From an uncultured Acidobacteriota bacterium (GTDB lineage: Bacteria; Acidobacteriota; JAQAZP01), in contig CAWIIB010000001.1 of NCBI GenBank assembly GCA_963836075.1, forward strand, positions 2,233,833-2,297,832: 64,000 bases of DNA, read 5' to 3'. Shown piece by piece: positions 43,214-53,378 of the stretch. The notes beneath the pieces were generated by a model. That model ran no database searches. It worked only from the letters and a program-made list of their open reading frames with translations, and was not told where the DNA came from. Both the position numbers and the translations under genes were made by a program. Numbering within the stretch: position 1 is the stretch's first letter; each line of letters opens with the position of its first letter.

Positions 43214-44548
43214 ATGAACCATACGATGAAACGAACCATTTTTTCCGCCATCCTGATTCTGGTCACCACCAGCATGGCCTGGGCGGCCAACACCGAGAAG
43301 AAGCGGCTCGAGGTGCTGGAGATGATCCGCCAGCACGTCTTCGCCGTGCACTATGATCCGGCCGGGCCGCCCCACTGGAACCGCGTCTGGGTGGAGGAAC
43401 TGCTCCCCCTCACTGTGGTGGAGGATGACTGCACCTTTTACAGGAGGTTGAACGAGGCGTTGACCAGGACCGGTGTTTCACACCTCGCGGCCGCCCCTCC
43501 GGGCGCACGGCCGGTCCCCTACTACCGGGAACAGCTGGATGTCATTCATCTCGACGGACGGGCCTGGATCGGCCAGTCGCCGATGGTGGCCGCTCTGGGC
43601 CTGGAGCCCGGTTCTGAGATTCTTCGGATAAACGACGAGCCATACTTCAGCTACTACGACAGTTACCTCTGCGGGAACGAGCGGAAACCGCGTCACCTCT
43701 CGCTGCGAACGCCCGAGGGCACGCTCACCGAAATCACCATTCCCCGCCGCTGGCCGATAATCGAGGAGGGGGGGGCGGTGGTCACCTCGAGCCGGCCGGC
43801 ACCAGGGATCGGCTGTCTGCAGGTCGATTCGTTTCAAGGTGGGGGATACCAGCCCCTCAGCGTGGATCGGGCACTGAAGACGCTCACCGATGCAGAGGCC
43901 CTGATCCTCGACCTGCGGCGAAACAACGGCGGCCACCTGCCTGCCGTACGGCACCTGCTGGCCCACTTCTTCAATGATCCGGTTGAGTTGGGACGCTTTA
44001 TCAGCCGGCGGAACCCTTCTGAGCTGCAGGAGGCGGAGATGTATCGCCGGCAATTCTCAGTGAAGAAGGTGGTGACCACCTACCGCACGGGCCAGCGGCG
44101 GGACGTGATGACGGTCAAACCTCGCCGCAAGCCCTTTAACGGCCCGATGGTGGTGCTGGTGGGCCGCCATACGGCCAGCGCGGCGGAAGTCGCCGCCCGC
44201 CGTCTCCAGACCTCGGAACGGGCGGTGCTGATCGGAGAGAACACCGCCGGCGAGGTACTGTCGTCCACGCGTCTGGAACTGCCCGATGGGGGCCGCCTGA
44301 TGCTTCCCCTGTTTCACTACCTGGACAGCACCGAAACACCCATCGAGGGATCGGGCGTTGTCCCGGACATCCACGTGGCCTTCCTGGTGGAAGACCTGGC
44401 CTCCGGCAGGGACCGGGCCATGGAAGCCGCTGTGGATCATCTCCGCCTCATGCTGGAAGGAGGCCCGAAGCCGATCGCCTTCCAAAGTCCTGGCCGCACA
44501 TGCCCACGGCCAGCACCAGGCCCTCGAGACCCGGCGCCCGGTCGATGA
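43214..44548 (+). CDS. S41 family (tail-specific) peptidase
   Basis: Signal peptide; LILDLRRNNGG, TASAAE, IGENTAG, IEGSGVVPD; tail reads into the antisense oxidase fragment. Confidence 0.88.
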   Translation: MNHTMKRTIFSAILILVTTSMAWAANTEKKRLEVLEMIRQHVFAVHYDPAGPPHWNRVWVEELLPLTVVEDDCTFYRRLNEALTRTGVSHLAAAPPGARPVPYYREQLDVIHLDGRAWIGQSPMVAALGLEPGSEILRINDEPYFSYYDSYLCGNERKPRHLSLRTPEGTLTEITIPRRWPIIEEGGAVVTSSRPAPGIGCLQVDSFQGGGYQPLSVDRALKTLTDAEALILDLRRNNGGHLPAVRHLLAHFFNDPVELGRFISRRNPSELQEAEMYRRQFSVKKVVTTYRTGQRRDVMTVKPRRKPFNGPMVVLVGRHTASAAEVAARRLQTSERAVLIGENTAGEVLSSTRLELPDGGRLMLPLFHYLDSTETPIEGSGVVPDIHVAFLVEDLASGRDRAMEAAVDHLRLMLEGGPKPIAFQSPGRTCPRPAPGPRDPAPGR

Positions 44549-44578
44549 TCGGGATGCCATCCGGGGTCATGGAGTAGA
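44488..44578 (-). pseudogene. Internal fragment of FAD oxidoreductase
   Basis: YSMTPDGIPIIDRAPGLEGLVLAVGMCGQ, matching 45806-45895. Confidence 0.85.
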
Positions 44579-44920
44579 GATTCCGCCGGACTGACTGAAC
44601 GGCCCATGATGCTCTTGCCACCATGCCCTCCAAAGCATGATGAGCAACCCCTGGTTTGGTGACCACTCTGAACAGACGTTCCACGGCATCACATTTATGC
44701 CGTTCTGAGCCGACCGTGGATTGTGGCAATGCCACTGTGCTTCTCCGACATGCAAGCAGAACCCACACCTGATCGGAATCACCAATGGCTTGTAACGCCG
44801 AAGGTATTTCCTCCACGATTTCTCAAGCCGCGCCTTGAGCCCCTTGCGGTCAGTCTCCATGCTTGTGATGTATGTGCCGCGATGGGAGATCTTATCCGCA
44901 AGATCGATGCAGATCCTCAT
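44567..44920 (-). CDS. Small Cys/Trp-rich hypothetical protein downstream of higA copy 2
   Basis: ATGA overlap with higA stop; CGFC...HC...C pattern. Confidence 0.4.
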   Translation of the reverse strand: MRICIDLADKISHRGTYITSMETDRKGLKARLEKSWRKYLRRYKPLVIPIRCGFCLHVGEAQWHCHNPRSAQNGINVMPWNVCSEWSPNQGLLIMLWRAWWQEHHGPFSQSGGISTP

Positions 44921-45279
44921 TTGTTCGCCTTTCCCCGCCTCCGCCGGTCCGGTGAGGCCTGGTAGAGTGGCTCCAGCTCGTCGATCTCCCGCACCCGGTC
45001 GCTGCGCATGGCATGCCAGAGGTCCCAGTCCTGCTGAAGACCGAGCCAGACGTCGGCCGACACGCCCAGCACCCTGGCCAGCCGGAGGGCTGTGTCGGGA
45101 GTCACCGAACGCTTGCCGCGGATGATCTCGTTGAGCCGGGGAAAGGAAACCCCGAGGCGGATGGCGAAGGCCGACTGGGTGATGCCCAGGGGCTTGAGGA
45201 ATTCCTCGAGGAGCATCTCCCCGGGGTGGGTGGGCGGCCGATCTTTCGGCAGGCGCCGGCCCCCGATCGTGTACTTCAA
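44917..45279 (-). CDS. higA: HigA-family antitoxin, copy 2
   Basis: Same motifs as copy 1; start uncertain. Confidence 0.9.
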   Translation of the reverse strand: MKYTIGGRRLPKDRPPTHPGEMLLEEFLKPLGITQSAFAIRLGVSFPRLNEIIRGKRSVTPDTALRLARVLGVSADVWLGLQQDWDLWHAMRSDRVREIDELEPLYQASPDRRRRGKANK

Positions 45280-46433
45280 CTCTTCCGCTCCCCGCCTAGT
45301 GGTAATCGGTGATTTCGACTTCATACGCATTTCCGTTCTCCCAACGGAAGCAGATCCGGTATTGATCGTTGATTCTGATGCACCATTGCCCTGCCCTGTC
45401 ACCCCTCAACCGTTCAAGCCGGTTTCCAGGCGGCCTGCTCAGTTCCTCCAACCGGAGGATCCGGTTGATCAGGTCGAGTCTGCGACCGGCCACGGACCAA
45501 AGTTCTCGCGGACAGGCCTTTCGAGCAGCTTTCGTGTCCGCTCCGTCAAAGACATCTGATGTCCCGCGGTTCCTGAACGATGTTATCATGGATCACATTA
45601 TAATGCATAACATTACACATAACAAACATACTATTCGGTGTTAGCGCTTTCACCTGCAGGAGAGATTACTTCAGCGCCTCTTTCTTGGCCGCGTAGAAGT
45701 CACGGTCGTAGCGGAAGCAGAGGTGGGCTTCCTCGGGCAGACAGGTCTTGCCGTCGACGATCAGCGAGGTGACGTTCTTCCCCACCCCCGGGCCCATCAT
45801 GAAGCCCTGGCCGCACATGCCGACGGCGAGGATCAGGCCGTCAAGGCCGGGGGCCCGGTCGATGATCGGGACGCCGTCCGGGGTCATGGGGTAGCAGCCG
45901 CGCCAGATGCGGCGGATGAGCAGGTTGCGCAGGCGGGGCACCAGCGAGATCATCCGGTTGGCCAGGATCGGCAGGAACTCGGAGAGCGACTCGCGGTTGG
46001 TGCCGAGGAAGAGCTCCTTGGGCGTGTAGCAGAAGATGATCTGGCCCTCGGCGTTCTGGCCGAAGTAGAAGTTGGCGGTGCGGCCTTCGGGGCCGGGCCG
46101 CAGGTCCACCACCAGCGGGCCGAGGAACTGCTCGACCGGGGCCGAGATGCCGGCCTCGTGGGAGTCGGGCACCACCGGGACCTCGAAGCCGAGCCACTCC
46201 GAGTGCTCGCCGGCGTCGGCGCCGGCGGCCAGCACCACCTCGGCGGATGAATACTGGCCCTTGTCGGTGGTGACACCGGTAATCCGGTCACCCTCACGGA
46301 GGTAGCCGGTGACCCGCTCGTTGAAGTGGTAGACCGCACCGTTGTTCTGCGCTTCGCGCTCAAAGGCGAGGGGGGCGAGGATCGAGGAGACCTGGCCGTC
46401 GTGGGGCGAGAAGGTGCCGCCGCGGAGGTCTTT
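44934..46433. repeat. Direct repeat copy B
   Basis: Collinear with 34658-35873. Confidence 0.85.
45296..45589 (-). CDS. higB: HigB toxin, copy 2
   Basis: MITSF...PPGNRLERLRGDRAGQWCIRINDQYRICF. Confidence 0.92.
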   Translation of the reverse strand: MITSFRNRGTSDVFDGADTKAARKACPRELWSVAGRRLDLINRILRLEELSRPPGNRLERLRGDRAGQWCIRINDQYRICFRWENGNAYEVEITDYH

Positions 46434-46842
46434 GGTGACGATGCCGGGCACCAGCTCGGCGATCCGCTCCGGGCCCACCCAGTCGATGACCAGGCCGAAC
46501 TTCTTCTGGATGGGCAGCATGCCCTTTCAGCGTGGTCTCGATATTCTCGTCAAAGACCGGGAAGCAGTAGCCGCCCTCCTTCCAGCCGATGTGGAAGCCG
46601 TATGTCTCCTCCCAGGTGGAGAAGATCTTCAGGCTCTCGATACAGGTGGAGATCTTGCCCGGGTCGGAGTGGGTGGCCCGCACGCCGCCGATGGCCGCCT
46701 TGTTGTCCCCCTGGCCCGAGGCCGGCCGGCGCTCGATCACCAGCACACTGAGGCCCGCCTGGGCCAGGAAGCAGGCGGCGGGGTTGCCCACGCTGCCCGA
46801 ACCGACGACGATGGCGTCGTATGTGGTCCCGTTCCCGCTCAC
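45666..46842 (-). CDS. FAD-dependent oxidoreductase (DAO / sarcosine oxidase beta / proline dehydrogenase beta-like); frameshift near 46520
   Basis: YDAIVVGSGSVG, VVLAAG, MTPDGVPII, GQGFMMGPGVG. Confidence 0.88.
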
Positions 46843-48947
46843 CGGTTCTCCTCCCCATGCTCGGCCGATTTGACGAAATCGCCCAGGTGCACCTCGGCCA
46901 CCAGCGGGCGCTGGGACGGCAGGGTCACCTCGTCGAGGTCCACCCCCTCCTCGCGGAAGATGCGCTGGATCAGCCCGCTGCAGGTCTTGCCGCCGCAGCC
47001 GCCCATGCCCGAGCGGACCACGGCCTTCAGCTGGTTCATGTCGCGGACGCCGGCGCGGATCTCGCGGACGATCTCGCTCTTGCGCACCCGTTCACAGCGG
47101 CAGACGATGGGATCTTCCTCTTCCTCGTAGGCCGCCACCAGGTCACCCTCCCAGGGAGTGCGGATCTGGAAGCCGGCCACCTCGAGCTTGTCCTCAGCCG
47201 GCACCTCCAGCATCAGAAGCTTGCGCCGGTCCTGGGTCGGCGCCCTCGCGGACGGCGATGACCTTGCCCTGCCCCACCACCTTGCCTTCCAGGTCGGTGG
47301 TTGTGACCAGTCTCACCCAGCGGGATCTGGCTGTTGACGAACTCGAAGGGCAGCATCAGCAGCACGCTCTTGCCCGAGGGGTCGTAGTCCTGGACCACCA
47401 GGTTGATGGCCAGGCCGGGACAGGCCAGCACGCACTCGCCGCAGCCCATGCAGTCGCCGGCGAAGTCGCGGCAGGTCGAGGATCGAGTCCTCCATGCTGA
47501 TCAGCCCCTTGGGGCAGGCCTCGATGCAGGGGTCGCAGGGGATCTCCTGCACACAGCGGATCAGCGGGCAGCACCGGGGCGGTCGCTGTCTTCGGGCCTG
47601 AACTTCGCCGGTTCGGTGGGGCGGTGCTTGAGCAGCTCGCCGAACGACTCCCAGTCGCTGGGGATCGGCACGTCCATGCCCAGGTCGCGGGCGATGCGGC
47701 GGCCGGTGATCTTGCCGGAGAAGATGGCGGCCGAAGCCTCGGCGATCTCCTCGGCGTCACCGGCGGAGTAGACCTTCATCCCGTACTCCCGGGCCTTCTG
47801 CAGCAGCTCGTCCACCGGGGAGAGCCCCACGGCGATGAGCACCGTGTCCACCTCGAAGGAGCGCTCGGTGCCGGGGACCGGCTGGAACTTGTCGTCGATG
47901 GCGGCGATCACCACCCGCTCGGCGTTCTCCTCGCCCTCCGCGCGCAGCACGGTGTGCGAGGTCGAGACCGGCACGCCGAGGCGCCTGATCTTGTCCTCGT
48001 GCACCTTGTAGCCGCCGCAGCGCGGCAGCGCTTCCACCAGGCCCACCACGTCGATGCCGGCCTGCAGGGCGTGGTAGGCGCCGATCAGGCCCACGTTGCC
48101 GCCGCCGATGATGAACAGTTTCTCGGCGCAGCTCACCTGGTCGCGGTTGACCAGGGTCTGGAAGGCGCCGGCGCCGTAGACCCCGGGCAGGTCGCAGCCG
48201 GGGAAGGAGAGGCTTTTCTCGCGGGCCCCGGCAGGCGACCAGCACCGTCTCAGGGGTGACCAGGCGGTAGCCGTCGGGGCCGGCCACGCCGAACTTGCCG
48301 TCGTTGTAAGACACCGACGACCGTTGAGTCGAGCCAGACCTTCACCGTGGGCAGGGCGGCCACCTCGTCGGCCAGCAGGTGGCCGATGTCCACCCCGCGG
48401 GTGCCGGCGTAGCAGTCGGCCACCGAGCCGAAGAAGTTGTGGGTCTGCAGGCTCAGCTTGCCGCCCAGTTCCTGCTTGTCGTCGACGATCAGCACGCCCA
48501 CGCCGAGGCGCCCCAGTTCGATGGCGGCGCAGATGCCGGCCGGGCCGCCGCCGATGACAAGGACCTGCACTTCCACGTCGTCCACTTCATGGGTGGTGGC
48601 GGCAGGCTCCGCATCCTCCAGCACCGGCAGGCTGCCGTCGCATGCTCTTCACCTTCATCCCCGGCGTCACCGGGGCCATGCACGATTTCACCGGCCGCCC
48701 GTCGGCCACCACCGTGCACTGGGAGCACTGGCCGTTGACGCAGAAGATACTCTGGGGCCCGGAGTCCTTGTGGTGGTGCCCGAAGACCGAGATGCCGGCG
48801 GCATACAGCGCCGAGGAGATCACCTCGCCGCGTGCGTGCCTTGAGCGGCTTGCCGTTGAAGGTGAAGTCGATGTCGGCCGGACCGAGGGGCGGGAGGATC
48901 GGGTGGGCCTCCAGCCGGTGGTCGCTCTTCTCCGGCAGGGGCGCCAT
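46839..48947 (-). CDS. Sarcosine oxidase alpha / HcnAB-like multidomain flavo-Fe-S protein (2Fe-2S, FAD/NAD oxidoreductase, 4Fe-4S, BFD-like 2Fe-2S); several frameshifts
   Basis: FCVNGQCSQC..SCM; VIGGGPAG; IGGGNVG; EIPCDPC; CGECVLACP; VCRCE...GCGGKTC spread over shifted ORFs; start uncertain. Confidence 0.75.
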
Positions 48948-48949
48948 CC

Positions 48950-50781
48950 GCTGGCCGGGTTTCTCCGGAGCGTGGAAGGCCATCCGCGGTTCGGCGGTGA
49001 AGCCGGTCTGCCACGAGCCCATGCGGCGCAGCAGCATGTACTGGGCCAGCTGGCCGGCCGTGTCACAGATCGGCGGTGCAGTCGGCGCTCTTCAGTTGCT
49101 CCAGCAGGTCGCAGCCGCTCCTTGGGACTGATCCGGAAGCGGAAGCCGTTGTCCGCGCCGTTGCCGCCGTCAGCCGGCTCGACACAGGCCACCTGGTCCA
49201 GGTGACGGCCTCAACACCGTCAGGCAGTTCATCGAGCTGGCTGCGGATCGAAGACGATGGCCTTTGTCGCCGCGGTATCCACCATCTGGCGGGCGGTGAG
49301 CGCCGGCCGGAAGGCGAAGCCCTTCTCGTTGAGGATCCGGACGGCATCGCCCACCACTTCCCGGAGACGCCACTCCCCCACCACCGGCGAGAGCAGCTGG
49401 TCGAGCCAGGGCAGCGTCGCCGAGGTAGAGCACGGTGTCGGCGTTCTCATCGATGCTGCCGATGAACACCCGGGCCAGCGTACGGGGGAGCAGCGGGTCG
49501 AGAGACGGCCGGTCAACCAGCCAGTTCATGATCTCCAGCGCCCGGTCGGAGCCGGTGACCGGTGCGTCAGCTTCGGGAAGCACTTCGGCCAGTGGCGTCG
49601 CAGCAAGGCCGGCGCGGAATGCTTGCACAGCGTTGGCCGGTCCATCGTGGCCCGACCAGGTGGTGCAGGCAGCTCACCCGCCCGGCGCCAAGACCGGCGG
49701 CAGCAGCCAGCTCTTCGGCCAGCGCCGCCCGCTGCTCGCCCAGTTCGCCGCCCTTGCAGTCGGGGCAGCTGCCCCGGTCGCGGCAGACCAGGGCCACGCC
49801 GTCGGCGCCGCGGGCCAGGGCTTCCAGCATCGATTCCACTGGCACACGTCCCACACAGGAGACCGGAACCCAGTCGGTAGCGCCAACGGGCTTTGGCGAA
49901 CGGGAACAGGCAAAGGCCACTGTTTTCCCGCTCAGCGGCCAGTCTCCGGGCACCCGGCCGTCCCCGCCGTATTCGCCGTCCCGCTGGGTGATGGCGCCGG
50001 TGGGACAGGCGCCGGCACAGATGCCGCAGCCGGTGCAGTTGTCGTGGGCGATCTTCGAGACCGCCCGGCCGTTCTTGTAGAGCGCCACCCGGGGGATGTC
50101 ATGGGGGCAGACCTCTTCGCAGACACCGCAGGCCCGGCAGTGCTCGGGGGTCACCGAGCAGAGCGGCAGTTCGAAGGTCCGCTGCCAGATGTCCAGCGTG
50201 CCGTTGTTCAGCGTCAGCGGGATGGCGCCGGTGGGACAGATCTCGGCACAGGCCCGGCAGCCGGTGCAGTCCTCGCCGAACCCGTCGGGCCGCGGGCCCA
50301 CCGCCTTCTCCGCGCCGCGGCCCAGCGGGGCCAGCGCCTCGGGCCCCAGGTCCTGGCAGACCCGGGTGCAGAGGCCGCACATGATGCAGTTGTCGCCGTC
50401 CGTCCGCAGCGGGAAGGGGGTCTCGTCCACGCCCTCGTTGCGGGCCAGGGCTTTCAGCTCTTCGGAGTGCGGGCTGCGGGCGAGGTAGAGCTCGAGCAGT
50501 GTCTGGCGCGCCTCGCGCACCCGGGCCGAGTGGGTGGAGACCACCAGGCCCGTCCTCGGCCGGGTAGAGGCAGGAGGTGACCAGCCTGGACCAGCCGTTC
50601 CAGTTCTGCGCGGGTGATCTCCACCACGCAGAGCCGGCAGGCGCCGCTGGGGTCGAGCGAGGGATGGTTGCAGAGGGTGGGGACTTCCACGCCCAGCTCG
50701 CGCAGCGCGCCCAGCAGCATGGCGCCCTCTTCGACCTCGCACCGGCCGGCCGTCCACGGTGATATCGATTCTATTGCTCAT
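48950..50781 (-). CDS. NuoG/HydA N-terminal-like Fe-S protein fused to 4Fe-4S diclusters and an MvhD-like domain; frameshifted
   Basis: [19 protein letters not shown]; [11 protein letters not shown]; three CxxCxxCxxxCP; FAC...VSCVGRV...GADGV; 3' end uncertain. Confidence 0.7.
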
Positions 50782-50794
50782 CTTCTCCCCCGGT

Positions 50795-53176
50795 TCAAAC
50801 GGTCACCACCGAACCGAACTTGCAGACAGCGGAACAGATCCCGCAGCGGTCGCAGAGTGAAGCGTCCAGGACATGGACCTCCTTCTTCTCGCCGCTGATC
50901 GCCTTCTGCGGACAGGCCTTGGCACAGACGCCGCAGCCGGTGCAACTCTCCGGATCGATGTCGTAGGTGATCAGCGCACGGCAGACGCCGGCGGGGCATT
51001 TCTTCTCGATGGATGTGGGCCTCGTACTCGTCGCGGAAATGGGCCAGGGTGCTGCGCACCGGGTTGGCCGCGCGACTTGCCCAGGCCGCAGAGCGAGCCC
51101 TCGTCGAGGATGGTGAACAGCTGCTCCATGGCCGGCAGGTCCTCCGGGCGGCCCTCGCCGGCGCAGATCTGCTCCAGGATCTTCTTCAGCTGGTCCAGCC
51201 CCAGCCGGCAGGCGGCGCACTTGCCGCACGACTCCTCGCTGAGGAAGCTGGTGAAGTAGCGGGCCACGTCCACCATGCAGGTGGCCTCGTCCATCACGAT
51301 CATCCCGCCCGAGCCCATCATCGACCCCTCGGCGGTCAGGGTGTCGAAGTCCACCGGCAGGTCGAGCTTGTCCGCCGGCAGGCAGCCGCCCGACGGGCCG
51401 CCGGTCTGCACCGCCTTGAACGGCCGGTCGTCGAGGATCCCGCCGCCGATGTCGTAGATGATCTCGCGCAGGGTGGTGCCCATGGGCACTTCGACCAGGC
51501 CGGTGTTCTTCACCTTGCCCACCAGGGCGAAGGCCTTGGTGCCCTTGCTCTTCTCGGTTCCCATGGGCGGCGAACCAGTCGGCGCCCTGCTCGAGGATCA
51601 GCGGCACGTTGGCCAAGGTCTCCACGTTGTTCAGCACCGTGGGCTGGTCGTGGAGGCCCCGCTCCACCGAGCGGATGTACTTGGCCCGCGGCTCGCCCAC
51701 CTTGCCGGCCACCGACTGCATCAGGGCGGTGGACTCGCCGCAGACGAAGGCGCCGCCGCCGCGGTTGATCTCGATGTCGAAGGAGAAGCCGCTGCCGAGG
51801 ATGTTGTCGCCCAGCAGGCCGCGGGCGCGGGCCTCGCGGATCGCCTGCTCCAGCCGGGCCACGGCCAGCGGGATATTCCTCGCGGACGTAGATGTAGCCC
51901 TGCTCGGCGCCGATGGCGTAGGCGCCGATGATCATGCCCTCGAGCACGGCATGGGGGTCGCCCTCCATGATGCTGCGGTCCATGAAGGCGCCGGGGTCGC
52001 CCTCGTCGCCGTTGCAGATCAGGTAGCGCACGTCGCCCCCGGCCTCGACGCAGGACCGCCACTTGCGGCCGGTGGGGAAACCGCCGCCGCCGCAACCGCG
52101 CAGGCCCGAGCGCTCCACCTCGTCGATCACCGCCTCCGGGCTCATGGAAGCCAGCGCCCTGGCCAGGGCGGCGTAGCCGCCGTGGGCCAGGTAGTCGTTC
52201 AGCGATTCGGGGTCGATGCGGCCGATGTTGCGCAGCACGTTGCGCTGCTGGCCGGCGTAGAAGGGGATGCGGTGGTACGTTTCCAGCGGCTCGCCGCTCT
52301 GCAGGTCCTTGTAGAGCAGGCGGGGGATCACCTCGCCGCCGATCACCGTCTTCTCCACGATCTCGGCCACGTCCCGCTCCTTGACCCGGGTGTAGCAGGT
52401 GCCCGCCGGGTGGAAGACCAGCAGCGGGCCCTTCTCGCAGAAGCCGTGGCAGCCGGTCTTCTTGATCGCCAGCTCGATGGCCGCCGTGGTACCCTGTTCG
52501 GCCAGCTGCCGCTCCAGGGCCTCGGCCACTTTAAGACCGTGTTGGCAATGCAGCCGGTGCCGGCACAGACCAGGATCGTTGGCGTCTCCAGCGGTTTCTC
52601 GCGCACCAGTTTTTCACGGTGCGCTTCCAGCGTGGCATGATCGGTGAACCGCGACAGGTCCAGGGGCTCGGCCACCACCGGCGCGGTCTCTTCGGGACAG
52701 CTGCAGGCGGTGTCGGCCGAACAGCACTTCTTCACCGCGCGGGTCAGCCTGGTGGGGTTCATCTCCCCGTGGTACTCACCGTCGATCACCACCACCGGCC
52801 CCAGGGCGCAGGCGCCCACGCAGTGCACCGACTTGAGGGTCACTTCCCGGTCCTCGGTGGTGTTTCCCGGCTCGATGCCGAAGTGGCCGGACAGCTGGTT
52901 GAGCAGCACCCCGGCCCCGCGCACGTGGCAGGCGGTGCCCATGCAGACATCCACCTTGTGCCTGCCCTGGGGTTCGAGGGAGAGGCCCTTGTAGAAGGAG
53001 GCCACCGAGTAGACCTGGCTCCGGGGGACATCGAGACGCCGGGCCACCTGGTCAATGGCCGCCGGCGGCAGATAGTTGAGCTCTGCCTGCACGTCCTGGA
53101 GCACCATGATCAGGCTCGCGGCGTCACGGTGGTAACGCTCCACGATCCGATCCACCACCATCGCTTCCGGGCTCAT
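50795..53176 (-). CDS. NuoE-NuoF (HydC-HydB/BfuC-BfuB-like) fusion NAD(H)-binding subunit; frameshifted
   Basis: [20 protein letters not shown]; [16 protein letters not shown]; [52 protein letters not shown]; C-terminal 2x[4Fe-4S]. Confidence 0.85.
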
Positions 53177-53378
53177 CACACCTCCCAAAGAACACAAAAA
53201 AAAAGAGTTAAAAGCAGGCGCCAATCGCTCGCCGGCCTTCCCCCCGTGGTCCGGAAAGAGGTCCGCTTGGAAGGTGTATTTTTACTACAGAATTGCCCCG
53301 GAGTCGAGAAGGCGAGGGCCGGAAATGACCGCGCGGGAGGGGCGATCTTTCCCGGCCGTTGGTGTCTGAATCAGACGG

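Noticed and set aside
34653-45589. Integron cassette array
   Set aside because: No intI and no attC-like sites recognised; cargo lies in mixed orientations.
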